DNA of 64,000 nucleotides from a virus. Its lineage: Duplodnaviria > Caudoviricetes. The notes under the pieces were generated by a model. That model searched no databases, had not been told where the DNA came from, and saw only the letters and a program-made list of their open reading frames with translations. Where the stretch lies: positions 1 through 64,000 of IMG/VR virus record IMGVR_UViG_3300001580_000017; one strand, written 5' to 3'. Below, piece after piece: positions 19,706 through 28,727 of the stretch; position 1 is the first letter of the stretch; each line of letters begins with the position of its first letter. Both the position numbers and the translations under genes were made by a program.

Positions 19706-19713
19706 TATTTATA
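19706..19713 (-). promoter_or_regulatory. T4-type late promoter TATAAATA
   Basis: Exact octamer upstream of gp26. Confidence 0.8.
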
Positions 19714-19731
19714 AAATTTTGAAAATAAATG

Positions 19732-19760
19732 TTGACAAGAATGAAAAGATTGTTTACCTT
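19732..19760 (+). promoter_or_regulatory. Early sigma70-like promoter
   Basis: TTGACA-N17-TACCTT followed by TCTATTGTAGTT, same as at the 8842 promoter. Confidence 0.8.
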
Positions 19761-19766
19761 TCTATT

Positions 19767-19835
19767 GTAGTTAAGTTTTCGGTTTTATGTTTTCATTTCC
19801 GAAAAATCCTGAGGCCTCTCCCCTTGGGATTTTTT
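19767..19835 (+). ncRNA. Candidate ~69-nt small RNA ending in a terminator with CCUCUC loop
   Basis: Stem AAAAATCCTGAGG/CCTTGGGATTTTT with G-U pairs and U-tail. Confidence 0.6.
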
Positions 19836-19865
19836 ATTTAATGAAGAAGATTTTAATCTTTTTCC

Positions 19866-19894
19866 TTGACAAATGAATTTTTATTTCGTATATT
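19866..19894 (+). promoter_or_regulatory. Early sigma70-like promoter
   Basis: TTGACA-N17-TATATT. Confidence 0.85.
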
Positions 19895-19922
19895 TCCTTC
19901 AACAATCAATCAGGAGAGAAAA

Positions 19923-20258
19923 ATGTTAAAAATTTATGGTAGAAGAACCAACGAAGCCAAAGCTCTGATGAAAGAATTGACAGAAGAGAACTATAAAGAA
20001 CAACTGATTGATAGAATAAACAAAAATGCAGAAAAACTCACAGAAGAAGTAAAAGCAAGAGATACACACGAAGAAATGATAAAGTGGTTTATTAAGGTAA
20101 TAGAACAGGATAAACAGCAAGTAACGCGGATGGTAGCAGAAGAAACTGGTGATATGTACTCTGCTTGCTGGGTGGTATTGGATGGAGAAAAAGACTTGAT
20201 AAAATTGTTAAACGATGATTATGGTTGGTATATCGAGGAACATCTCTCGCGAAAATAA
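19923..20258 (+). CDS. Hypothetical early protein
   Basis: GGAGAG SD and ATG at 19923; the track start at 19866 lies within the promoter. Confidence 0.7.
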   Translation: MLKIYGRRTNEAKALMKELTEENYKEQLIDRINKNAEKLTEEVKARDTHEEMIKWFIKVIEQDKQQVTRMVAEETGDMYSACWVVLDGEKDLIKLLNDDYGWYIEEHLSRK

Positions 20259-20711
20259 AGCGATCTCTCCATTGTCCTTATATATTTTTTTCAATATAGT
20301 TCTAACAACCATTCGTTTTTCTTTTCCCCCATCATCAAAGGAATCAACTATTATTTTAACATTATAGTTTTCAAGATGCAAACATATTTTGACATATCCG
20401 TTTGCTTGTCTCTTTTTTAATTTTTGATATGCTACTAAATTTATTTTATTTTTGATATGTGAAAGTTCGGAATCATCAGGTACACCAAGTTCATCAATGA
20501 GATGTTTTATTCCTGTAAGAACTCCAGCTTCATCCAAATCATTCATTGACCGATCATACCGAATATCATCAATATGAGTGGTTTTTCCCCAATCTCCGTT
20601 TCTGCTGAAGTAAATGTCCCATCCGCTGTAGTTTTCTTTATAGATAGCCTGTTTATAGTCTTTTGGATGTTCTAAAAGGAGATAGTATTGTTCCATTAGG
20701 ATTTTATTCAT
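20208..20711 (-). CDS. Putative internal protein, possible toxin-like RNase fold
   Basis: Leader MNKILMEQYYLLLE; H..R and C-terminal VVRTI only weakly suggestive. Confidence 0.4.
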   Translation of the reverse strand: MNKILMEQYYLLLEHPKDYKQAIYKENYSGWDIYFSRNGDWGKTTHIDDIRYDRSMNDLDEAGVLTGIKHLIDELGVPDDSELSHIKNKINLVAYQKLKKRQANGYVKICLHLENYNVKIIVDSFDDGGKEKRMVVRTILKKIYKDNGEIALFSREMFLDIPTIIIV

Positions 20712-22030
20712 AATAATATTCCTTCTCGTTGCTGTCTTTTGAATTTTGCTTCTTGTATTTCTGCTTCTGTAAAATCTACACCATTTCCACTCATAAAAAT
20801 ATAACCAGAAGCTCCCTGAAAATCATCCAATTCTGTCAAGTTTTCATTGTTCATACATTCAAAATCATTTACAACAAACGGTATTCCTTTTAATGATGTT
20901 ATATTACCACATCTCACTATGCTGATTTTACAACCATCTGTTTGAGATATTCCTTTCAATGACTGTAATTCATCACAGGTCGTTATATATATTTCTCCAC
21001 CATAAAGTAACTCAGAGCAACCTTCCAATGATTTTAAATTTTGGCAGTCTTGTATTTTTATTTTGTAGGGACTATATTTCGGCATACCTTTAAGATTTAT
21101 AAGAGAATTACAAGAAATAATATATAAGTACCGACCTTTCATTTTTTCTGGCAATCCTTCCAACGATTTTAAATTTTGGCAGTTTAGTATTGATATATCT
21201 CCCTCAACACTATTAATCTTAAAAGGAATTTGTTCAAAATCTTTACCATCCCATATTAAATTACTAAAAACATCAACTGATCCATCTGGAAGAACTTTAT
21301 AAGGAACATCCAAATATTTATAGTAAATATTAATATTAGACTCAGACTGTAATATTTTTCGAGCCTTTTCAATTATATTCATGTTTTTTGGATTACTAAA
21401 AATATCCTCTTGCATATCAATTTTTGTCCATTTATATAAATCCGATGTTCCCATTTCATCATCTTCTTCATTAAATATTTCAAATCTATCATTTTTTGGA
21501 TATATTGCTATGGCATATTTTGTTTTTAAATTGTTAAACAGTTTATCCGTCTTTATTATATAAATTAAAACTATTTCGCCTTTATATGTATAATTCTTCC
21601 AGTATTTATTATCGTTCATTGCTGTGCACCATTGTCCTTCACAACCACCGATATTTTTAGATGCTATAAGTTTACTTGCTTCATGGTTCAAAGGGATATA
21701 TCCATAAAGATCAAAATTTCTTTCACCGTTATATTTATCAACCCACAACTTATCTAATGGAAAAATTAAATAATCTTTTCCCTCAGTTAAACCCGCGATA
21801 CCAGAACTTTTAACCATTTTCTTTCTTTCTGTTTTGCTGGTTTCCATCACATCTTTGAAGTCATCGAATTTTAGTTCGGGATTCAACCAATCAATTTTAT
21901 TTTCGAGATTTGGTTTCCTTTTGAAGAAATCAATTAAAATATCTTTCTCTTCATGAGATAAGTTTTTTAACTTTTTAATTAAATGATCTTTCTTTTCAAA
22001 TAGAAGTTTAAATTGTTCTAATAAATTCAT
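20708..22030 (-). CDS. Putative internal protein: WCT-motif domain plus LRR-like C-terminus
   Basis: Leader MNLLEQFKLLFE; GQWCTA; LKSLEGLP-type repeats. Confidence 0.65.
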   Translation of the reverse strand: MNLLEQFKLLFEKKDHLIKKLKNLSHEEKDILIDFFKRKPNLENKIDWLNPELKFDDFKDVMETSKTERKKMVKSSGIAGLTEGKDYLIFPLDKLWVDKYNGERNFDLYGYIPLNHEASKLIASKNIGGCEGQWCTAMNDNKYWKNYTYKGEIVLIYIIKTDKLFNNLKTKYAIAIYPKNDRFEIFNEEDDEMGTSDLYKWTKIDMQEDIFSNPKNMNIIEKARKILQSESNINIYYKYLDVPYKVLPDGSVDVFSNLIWDGKDFEQIPFKINSVEGDISILNCQNLKSLEGLPEKMKGRYLYIISCNSLINLKGMPKYSPYKIKIQDCQNLKSLEGCSELLYGGEIYITTCDELQSLKGISQTDGCKISIVRCGNITSLKGIPFVVNDFECMNNENLTELDDFQGASGYIFMSGNGVDFTEAEIQEAKFKRQQREGILL

Positions 22031-22311
22031 TTCAAGTACCTTATTATTTCAGTTATTTTCTTATCAATGTTTTCAAATTTATCTGTATAAAACATTTTTT
22101 CTTCGTTCTCATTCAACACATGGAAATAGTATCTCATATCTCTTGATTCTTGATAAAATTCTATATAGGTGTTTTCATTCAACATACACAATGTTTCGCT
22201 ATCCTTGTGTGTTACAATAAATCCCTGTTCTTCAAATATATCCTGAATTTCGAGAATTTTATCTTTATTCATTATGTAACATTCCATGTATAGTTCCGTG
22301 AGATTATCCAA
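22027..22311 (-). CDS. Hypothetical protein
   Basis: 94-aa ORF overlapping both neighbours. Confidence 0.5.
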   Translation of the reverse strand: MDNLTELYMECYIMNKDKILEIQDIFEEQGFIVTHKDSETLCMLNENTYIEFYQESRDMRYYFHVLNENEEKMFYTDKFENIDKKITEIIRYLK

Positions 22312-22972
22312 CAGTTTTTTTCCTTAAAAATTCTTGATTCAATAAATTAACTGTTTGGGATTTTGTGACATGGTTAAATGGTCTGATCTGCTGTTCACTT
22401 AAATCTTTCATAACGATAAAACCTTTTCTTAATGCCATTTCGGTATAGAGCAATTGAGCGATGAAATAAGCATCTATGATATCTTCGTAAGGATGATCTG
22501 AAATATATTGTTCCGGAATATTTAGTTTATTTCCATCTGCTTTATAATATTTCAGCATTATATCTTTATCAGCATTTCCATTTCCGGAAGCAAACATTTT
22601 AATTACAGAAGGAGAATAAAGTCTTAATGTTTTATTATTGTTGTATAATCTCCATTTCAATACACCGGTTGTTTCTGCCAAATCGAATACACGCCCGGCA
22701 CTACTGTATGAATAATTTTCAATTCCAATATAATCACAATCTTTAACAAATTCAACAGCATTATCCGACATGATATTTATTTTTTCATAGTCATCCATAT
22801 CTTTATCACAAAATCTGATACAATGTTCGCCAATTGGAGGTTTTGGATTCTTTGCTTTGACTGCTGTTATTCCGAGATATTCTTTTTTGGTTATAGAAAA
22901 ATCTTTATCATCAATAAAAAATTTAACTATTCCGGGACTGTTCTTGCTGTAATCAATTCCTGCTATTATCAT
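22304..22972 (-). CDS. RuvC-like Holliday junction resolvase
   Basis: IAGIDYS, IGIENY, LAETTGVLK, GNADK, DIIDAYFI. Confidence 0.85.
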   Translation of the reverse strand: MIIAGIDYSKNSPGIVKFFIDDKDFSITKKEYLGITAVKAKNPKPPIGEHCIRFCDKDMDDYEKINIMSDNAVEFVKDCDYIGIENYSYSSAGRVFDLAETTGVLKWRLYNNNKTLRLYSPSVIKMFASGNGNADKDIMLKYYKADGNKLNIPEQYISDHPYEDIIDAYFIAQLLYTEMALRKGFIVMKDLSEQQIRPFNHVTKSQTVNLLNQEFLRKKTVG

Positions 22973-22982
22973 TTATCCTTCC

Positions 22983-23462
22983 TTATAATTTTCTTTTTTT
23001 ATGAAAATTAAGATGTGAATTTAATTCTTTTGCTTTGTTTAAAATTTTTTCTAAGTGAACAAAATTATTTATATCATTAGGATTTATACTTTCGCTCAGA
23101 TATATATCCATTGATTCTTTATATCTCTGAACAGGAATGATATCTGATTCTGGATCAATCCAACCAATCATGCCTTGATTAAAACGAAGTATATCTTTCC
23201 ATTGTTTATTTATTAGTTCTTTATTAAAAAGAACGGTCATTATTTCTTTGTGAATAGCATAATAAGGCATATCATCATTATTTAAATTAGAAAGAACAAA
23301 TAAATTTCCATCTTTATCAAGTATTCCCCTTGCGTTATCCTGAATATATTTCATTTCAGAAAAGGAAGGATTTTTATAGATTTCAAAAGTGGCATTAGAA
23401 GTTTTGATTGTATCCACTATTTCCTCTGTTAATAAAAATTTGTATTGTTCTTTTAGATTCAT
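22983..23462 (-). CDS. Putative internal protein
   Basis: Leader MNLKEQYKFLLTEE; domain shared with 8874..9746. Confidence 0.55.
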   Translation of the reverse strand: MNLKEQYKFLLTEEIVDTIKTSNATFEIYKNPSFSEMKYIQDNARGILDKDGNLFVLSNLNNDDMPYYAIHKEIMTVLFNKELINKQWKDILRFNQGMIGWIDPESDIIPVQRYKESMDIYLSESINPNDINNFVHLEKILNKAKELNSHLNFHKKRKL

Positions 23463-24173
23463 TTTATTCTTTTCCCATATTTTTTAAAATCAGTTGGATT
23501 TTTTTGCAATTTTTTAATGCTTTCTATATCAATAGGCATTTCCCATATTTCTGATATTTTGGCTTTGCCTTCCATTGATATACTTTTTCCAATTCTCATC
23601 AATATATATTTTAATTCGGTATTCATTTTTTTTGAGCAAACTCTTTCCTACCTTTGTTCCCCAACCATAATCATCCATCGCTTTTCTCAAAGTTGACAAG
23701 TTTACATTATATTTAATAAAATGAGTAATTGTTATTTCATCATCGGATAATGTTAAATCAGTTTTTACATCACCTTTGTAATTAAATTTATTTTGAATTA
23801 ATGATGCTATTATATCTTCATCCGGTTCAATATCGGTTAAATCTGATCCATTAACCACACAAATTAATGGTGATTCATTTTTATTATTCAAAAAATAATT
23901 AAAAAAAGAATCAGCAGAATTACCACCCAAACCACTAAACAATCCGCCATAAGCATAAGTCAAGGCATATTCAATATCTGTCGTTAAATATGATCTGTTA
24001 TACATTGGAGTAAACATTTTCGTAGATTTTTCATCGTGTAAGTTTCCGGGATTAATATATTCTGATTTTAATATTTCTTTATTTCTTGTACCATGATAAT
24101 ATACTTTATTTTTGTGGATTTCCAGTGGCGGAGGAGTTTCCATCAACTTTTTAAATTGTTCACTCAATTTCAT
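23459..24173 (-). CDS. ADP-ribosyltransferase-like internal protein, frameshifted at an A8 run
   Basis: YYHGT, YLTTDIEYALTYA, EPDED; removing one A at 23626..23633 extends the ORF to a TGA overlapping the next ATG. Confidence 0.6.
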
Positions 24174-24860
24174 CTATTGCCCCTTTCCGTTGGTTAAATA
24201 TAATTTTTCAAAACTCGCGCTCACATTTTTTAGTTGAATATCGCTTTTATTTCCACTTAAATCAAAATCCCAATCATCAAAAGATCGGAACATGCAATTT
24301 TCAGCAACAATAACCCCCTCTTGAGAATTTATTTCTATTGCTGATCCATCATTTTTATATTTTAATGGAAACACATAAACATTAAATTTTAAATCATTCG
24401 GATAACATTTAATATAACCGCCATTATAATCATTGGAAGAATGGAAGTAGTTATTCAGAAATAAAGATAAATCAAAAGAAGCCGATTCAATTATACGGAA
24501 CTGAATTAAATTCTTGCTACTGTTATCTAAACCAGACGGATGGCTTTTTATTATATTGAATATATTCTGTTCAACAACATTTAAACCTTTTCCGGGAATA
24601 GATATATCCATACAGTTGATAGATAATAGTTGGTCAATTGTAGAAGCAATTTCTGTGGTATCTTTTCTGTTGGTGTATAGTTTGTTGTATATATTCTTTA
24701 TATGATCTTTTTCAATATCAAACCGAACATAAGTTAATTCAGATATTAAACGATTTTTGATGTGACTATATTTCAAGAAATCATTATTATTTCTAAAAAC
24801 TTCTAAATCAGCTCTATCCGGTTTATTCGCTTGTATTCTATCTTCCAATTTATTTGCCAT
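24174..24860 (-). CDS. Tail-tube-fold (gp19/gp54-like) protein
   Basis: CMDISIPGK...FRIIES...ENCMFRSF pattern; follows gp13. Confidence 0.45.
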   Translation of the reverse strand: MANKLEDRIQANKPDRADLEVFRNNNDFLKYSHIKNRLISELTYVRFDIEKDHIKNIYNKLYTNRKDTTEIASTIDQLLSINCMDISIPGKGLNVVEQNIFNIIKSHPSGLDNSSKNLIQFRIIESASFDLSLFLNNYFHSSNDYNGGYIKCYPNDLKFNVYVFPLKYKNDGSAIEINSQEGVIVAENCMFRSFDDWDFDLSGNKSDIQLKNVSASFEKLYLTNGKGQ

Positions 24861-24864
24861 ATCG

Positions 24865-25599
24865 TTAACCTACTATAAAGTTAGCTGGTTCATTGTATGT
24901 TTTATCGAGTTCTTCTTTTAATTCTGTTTGAAGTTCTCTGCCCATACTTAAAGCGAAATCAGCATCAAATTTCATACCACCCGGAAGAGGGGTATCACCA
25001 TAAAGTTTTAAGTTTGTTCCTACCCTGATCCACGCCAACGCCAACACATATTGTCTTAACCAAGGATGATTATACATTCCGTTGTCATCATCGGCAACAT
25101 CATATAAATATTTGTAGCCCTGAATGATTGTTACATAACTTGCTTCCGGGGGAGAGACCAATTTTAATTTCTGATCCATTTCATTGTAATCAAAATCCAA
25201 TTCTTTTACAATCATTTTTCTCATTGACTGCATCCATCCTCTCGCCAAATAAATATCAAGCATACTAAATGTTCCATAAGTTCCAGATAACCTTGAAGGA
25301 TTGCTCATTATCATGTTGTCTGCTATAAACCTATCTATACTCATTATATCATACGGATTAGCACTATACAACACCGCAATAATGCTTCTTGCTCTGACAG
25401 GTAATGTATATTCTTTTGCCCCCATTGTCAAGGATAAAGATGCAAAAAATTCTTGAACTGCCATACTGGAATGTTGTTCAAAATACTGTATAGCATCTTG
25501 GATGATGTAATCAAGCTGCGCCTCTGTGAGATAAACCTGCCGAATTTGTATTCCCAATTGATTAAAAATATACTCTATTAATTCTGTTTTAGCACTCAT
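24865..25599 (-). CDS. gp13: Neck protein, gp13-like
   Basis: LTEAQLDYIIQDAIQYF; WLRQYVLAL...GTNLKLYGDTPLPGG. Confidence 0.9.
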   Translation of the reverse strand: MSAKTELIEYIFNQLGIQIRQVYLTEAQLDYIIQDAIQYFEQHSSMAVQEFFASLSLTMGAKEYTLPVRARSIIAVLYSANPYDIMSIDRFIADNMIMSNPSRLSGTYGTFSMLDIYLARGWMQSMRKMIVKELDFDYNEMDQKLKLVSPPEASYVTIIQGYKYLYDVADDDNGMYNHPWLRQYVLALAWIRVGTNLKLYGDTPLPGGMKFDADFALSMGRELQTELKEELDKTYNEPANFIVG

Positions 25600-25651
25600 T
25601 ATTATCCTCTTTTTATTTTAATTAAATTATTCATACTAATTCTTTTATTAT

Positions 25652-25659
25652 TATTTATA
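25652..25659 (-). promoter_or_regulatory. T4-type late promoter TATAAATA
   Basis: Exact octamer upstream of gp13. Confidence 0.8.
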
Positions 25660-25676
25660 ATTTTAAATCTTTTTAC

Positions 25677-25705
25677 TTGACATTTAAACAAAGTTTGTGT
25701 ATATT
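25677..25705 (+). promoter_or_regulatory. Early sigma70-like promoter
   Basis: TTGACA-N17-TATATT. Confidence 0.85.
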
Positions 25706-25733
25706 TACTTCAATAGCAAAATAGGAGAGAAAA

Positions 25734-26045
25734 ATGTTGATAATAACTGATAAAACAAAGTTTGAAGAGGAAAGAGAAAGATTATCAAGAATAGATTGTT
25801 TGTCTTGTATGATTGATGAATTAGTTGAAATGGCGGATGAAAGCACAAAATCAATTAAAAAAGTATCAGAGAAAGAATGTTGGAAAATTATCAATAGAAA
25901 GAAAAATTATATGATAAAGAAAAATCCGGTATTAAAAACTGATTTGGAAGAATTTATAGAATTTATCAAGAACGAAAAACTTGAATTGAAAACTCTGAGA
26001 GAAATAGCTACACACATCACACGATACTACAAATCGGTATTATAA
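25734..26045 (+). CDS. Hypothetical early protein
   Basis: GGAGAG SD and promoter upstream. Confidence 0.7.
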   Translation: MLIITDKTKFEEERERLSRIDCLSCMIDELVEMADESTKSIKKVSEKECWKIINRKKNYMIKKNPVLKTDLEEFIEFIKNEKLELKTLREIATHITRYYKSVL

Positions 26046-26049
26046 CACA

Positions 26050-26490
26050 CTATTCATACTTTATCCATTTTCCATCTACCAGTCGCGAATGTAGTTCCAA
26101 ATGAGGATAATCGTAGAAATTATCATTATATTCAAAATCCCCATTAAAATCCATTCCCACTCTGAGTTTAATATTATATTTTGCTAAAGCATATCCCTGA
26201 ATGAATCTCACCAAATCACCAAATCTTCTTGCATCTTTCCATTCAATAGGATAGGGAGTTATATCAACAGCCAAAGACGGTTGTTTATTATGTTTTCCGT
26301 TGGGGAATTTTACTTTTGATTTACCTTCAGCGAATGCTTTGTTCTGATCTATTTCGTTTCTATAACCACAAAGTATAGAAAAATCTCTGTACTGAATTAC
26401 ATCATTCATTATCATCTGGATATCAGGATGGCAGGTCAATAATTCTGATGCTGATTTTTTTCCAAATTTATAAGGCTTTTCGTTAAACAA
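26050..26490 (-). CDS. Endolysin, L-Ala-D-Glu peptidase (M15 family)
   Basis: GYRNEIDQ, KHN...AVDI, DYPHLEL; TTG start. Confidence 0.9.
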   Translation of the reverse strand: MFNEKPYKFGKKSASELLTCHPDIQMIMNDVIQYRDFSILCGYRNEIDQNKAFAEGKSKVKFPNGKHNKQPSLAVDITPYPIEWKDARRFGDLVRFIQGYALAKYNIKLRVGMDFNGDFEYNDNFYDYPHLELHSRLVDGKWIKYE

Positions 26491-26512
26491 TTTGAACCTC
26501 TTCGTTTTTATT

Positions 26513-26520
26513 TATTTATA
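26513..26520 (-). promoter_or_regulatory. T4-type late promoter TATAAATA
   Basis: Exact octamer upstream of the endolysin. Confidence 0.8.
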
Positions 26521-26550
26521 AAAAACAAAGAGATTTTATTGGCAGTGGAG

Positions 26551-26799
26551 TTATATTATAATCTTTGCTGTTGATCCTTTCATTTGATCGTTCACTAAAA
26601 CTTTTATACTACCATACGGAGAATAATGAATATTGTGACAAGTAAAGTCTTTAGGATCGGCTTCTGGGGTTTCCAACTGCAATCGTTCATATACATTTCT
26701 GCTTACTTCGATTGCTTTAATATTTCGATTGCCTATCCATTTTTTAATCCTTCTTACTTCTCTTGATTCTTTAGAAAAGTATCTAAAAATTTTCCACAT
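26551..26799 (-). CDS. Hypothetical protein
   Basis: 82-aa ORF with SD. Confidence 0.55.
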   Translation of the reverse strand: MWKIFRYFSKESREVRRIKKWIGNRNIKAIEVSRNVYERLQLETPEADPKDFTCHNIHYSPYGSIKVLVNDQMKGSTAKIII

Positions 26800-26801
26800 T
26801 A

Positions 26802-27287
26802 TTATCCTTTCTTATTAATTTCTTCCAACTTTCTGATTTCTTTTGCTATATTTTCACAGATACTTAAAATCTGATCATACTTCTCTTTATCTTCCTCAGT
26901 AACAGCACACTGCATTCCGTAACCACCATTCGGATTTAAACTTTCGGAGTAGTATAATTTTTCCGTTTTAATAGTCAGATCATCAGTGAAAGGATCATGG
27001 ATATCAATTGTATAACGAACTACAGGTTGCTTGATATATCCCTGTTCTTTTGCTCGTTTGTATGCTTCTCTGTAATACTCAGGAATCAACCCGCCTTCTT
27101 TAATGTCATTTTTCAATAAACTAACACATATTGAATTAAAATTTTCATCTTCTATTGCACCCTCATCTTTAAATCCAATAATGATTTCTGATTCGTCTGG
27201 GCAATAGAACAAATCATATTCATTAAATTGACCGAGAAATTTGCAGTGAGGACAGGCAATTGTTTCAAATCTGATTTTATCTTTCAT
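26802..27287 (-). CDS. Hypothetical protein with CxxC motif
   Basis: Start moved to MKDKIRF (ATG 27287). Confidence 0.6.
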   Translation of the reverse strand: MKDKIRFETIACPHCKFLGQFNEYDLFYCPDESEIIIGFKDEGAIEDENFNSICVSLLKNDIKEGGLIPEYYREAYKRAKEQGYIKQPVVRYTIDIHDPFTDDLTIKTEKLYYSESLNPNGGYGMQCAVTEEDKEKYDQILSICENIAKEIRKLEEINKKG

Positions 27288-27288
27288 T

Positions 27289-27691
27289 TTATTTCTTCTC
27301 CATTTTATTATATTTTCCCAATACTTCTTCCATGAATGCAATTCTTTTTTGAATAGCATCAAAAAGTTCGCCAGAAGAAGCAGCGCTGGAAATGTTTTTG
27401 TATGTGTTGTTTACGCAAGGATATGCCACCCCACATATAGAATATTGAATAAAGACAACAATCACAATAAAATCCATCCTTACATAGTTTGTTCGCTTCA
27501 ATACAAAGAGAACAATCCTCTGTATGACCAAATCCAGTAAGCTTGCTCATTACTTCCGCGCCGACATAAGAATATGTGTATGCCTCATCATCAAAAGGAA
27601 TTGATTTAATTGTTTTTTCTAATTTTTCTTTTGTTAATGATTTATATTTTTTGATCAGTTTTTTAAATTCTTTGATGTTGTATTTGTTCAT
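27289..27691 (-). pseudogene. Cys-rich hypothetical gene split by a one-base frameshift near 27430
   Basis: ATG 27691 with SD; span of 403 nt is 134 codons plus 1; track ORFs 27359..27763 and 27289..27531 join. Confidence 0.55.
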
Positions 27692-27701
27692 TTTATTTCT
27701 C

Positions 27702-27941
27702 CTATATCCATTTATCAACAATTTCATCCAATTCTTTTCCACCGAGAAATACCAAATAATCACTCATTGATCCATTGATATCCTCATCATATCCCATTTT
27801 GTGTAGATGAGTGTCTAATGCAACAATATCTAATGCAAATTTTTTGGACATCGCTGTTAGTAGTCCGTCCTGAAATCTCGTTATATCTTTGCCTATGAAT
27901 TTTTTGAAAATTGCGTTTTCTTCTGCTGTTGGTTTATTCAT
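27702..27941 (-). CDS. Hypothetical early protein
   Basis: GGGAGAG SD. Confidence 0.65.
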   Translation of the reverse strand: MNKPTAEENAIFKKFIGKDITRFQDGLLTAMSKKFALDIVALDTHLHKMGYDEDINGSMSDYLVFLGGKELDEIVDKWI

Positions 27942-27952
27942 TTTCTCTCTCC

Positions 27953-28252
27953 CTAATCTTTAAATATCTTAATTGGATTTCTCGGATGACCTTCCACCTC
28001 TCGTCCTATTATTTTTCTTAATTCCAAAAAAGTGTGATAACTGCCAACGAGTCCAGTAAATTCAGAATAAATATTTTGAATTAAAGTTCGCACTTCATCT
28101 TCAGAAAAAGTTGGAGGAGAAACCTTTTTAAAAACAGTACCATCTAAACCCAAGTATTCTTCGATTAAGCTATCAAGTCCACATTCATCCATATTTGTGA
28201 TCCAATCGTGTAGTCTGTATATTTTTTCGTTTTTATCCATCTTATACTCCAT
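27953..28252 (-). CDS. Hypothetical early protein
   Basis: ORF in early operon. Confidence 0.55.
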   Translation of the reverse strand: MEYKMDKNEKIYRLHDWITNMDECGLDSLIEEYLGLDGTVFKKVSPPTFSEDEVRTLIQNIYSEFTGLVGSYHTFLELRKIIGREVEGHPRNPIKIFKD

Positions 28253-28259
28253 TTTATTT

Positions 28260-28472
28260 TTAATCGTATATACCAGTTACACCAAAACGACCACCACCAA
28301 TTTCAACAATCACACAAACATCATATACTTCCATTATTATTCTTCCTGATGGAGTATTTAGTCTGCAAAATTCAAAACCTTTTTCTTCAAGATATTTTTG
28401 GATATTACATGACATCGTAATTTTTCCTTCTATTTCTTTTTTTATGGCTTCATATAATTCTGGCATTATCAT
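28260..28472 (-). CDS. Hypothetical early protein
   Basis: GGAGAG SD. Confidence 0.6.
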   Translation of the reverse strand: MIMPELYEAIKKEIEGKITMSCNIQKYLEEKGFEFCRLNTPSGRIIMEVYDVCVIVEIGGGRFGVTGIYD

Positions 28473-28497
28473 TTTGTTCTCTCCTGTTTAAAAATTT

Positions 28498-28620
28498 TAG
28501 TTTAGTGGAAAGGTTTCATCTGCTACCAGAAAATTCTCTTTTGATTTTATGATTGTTTGCCATACGAACTGGTTATCTTCTTACTCATCAATTCCTTATT
28601 ATCAGTAAACCACTAAACTA
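28498..28620 (-). ncRNA. Candidate structured leader RNA
   Basis: Perfect 11-bp inverted repeat TAGTTTAGTGG/CCACTAAACTA enclosing 101 nt, just downstream of a promoter. Confidence 0.45.
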
Positions 28621-28637
28621 TTTCAACGAACAGAGGA

Positions 28638-28666
28638 AATATAACACAATTTTATTCCAATGTCAA
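28638..28666 (-). promoter_or_regulatory. Early sigma70-like promoter
   Basis: TTGACA-N17-TATATT. Confidence 0.85.
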
Positions 28667-28684
28667 GTAAAATCTTCATAAAAT

Positions 28685-28710
28685 AAAAAAGGGGCAATAA
28701 TAGCCCCTTG
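28685..28710 (-). terminator. Intrinsic terminator
   Basis: AAGGGGC/GCCCCTT stem plus T-run. Confidence 0.8.
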
Positions 28711-28727
28711 ATAGAAATTGATAAACA

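Noticed and set aside
25148-25160. GGGGAGAGACCA match to sRNA A inside gp13
   Set aside because: Same sense as the sRNA on the coding strand, so not a target; explained by LVSPP codons
28520-28590. Hammerhead ribozyme (UUGAUGAG...GAAAC on the minus strand)
   Set aside because: First core base is U rather than C, and a proper stem II cannot be formed
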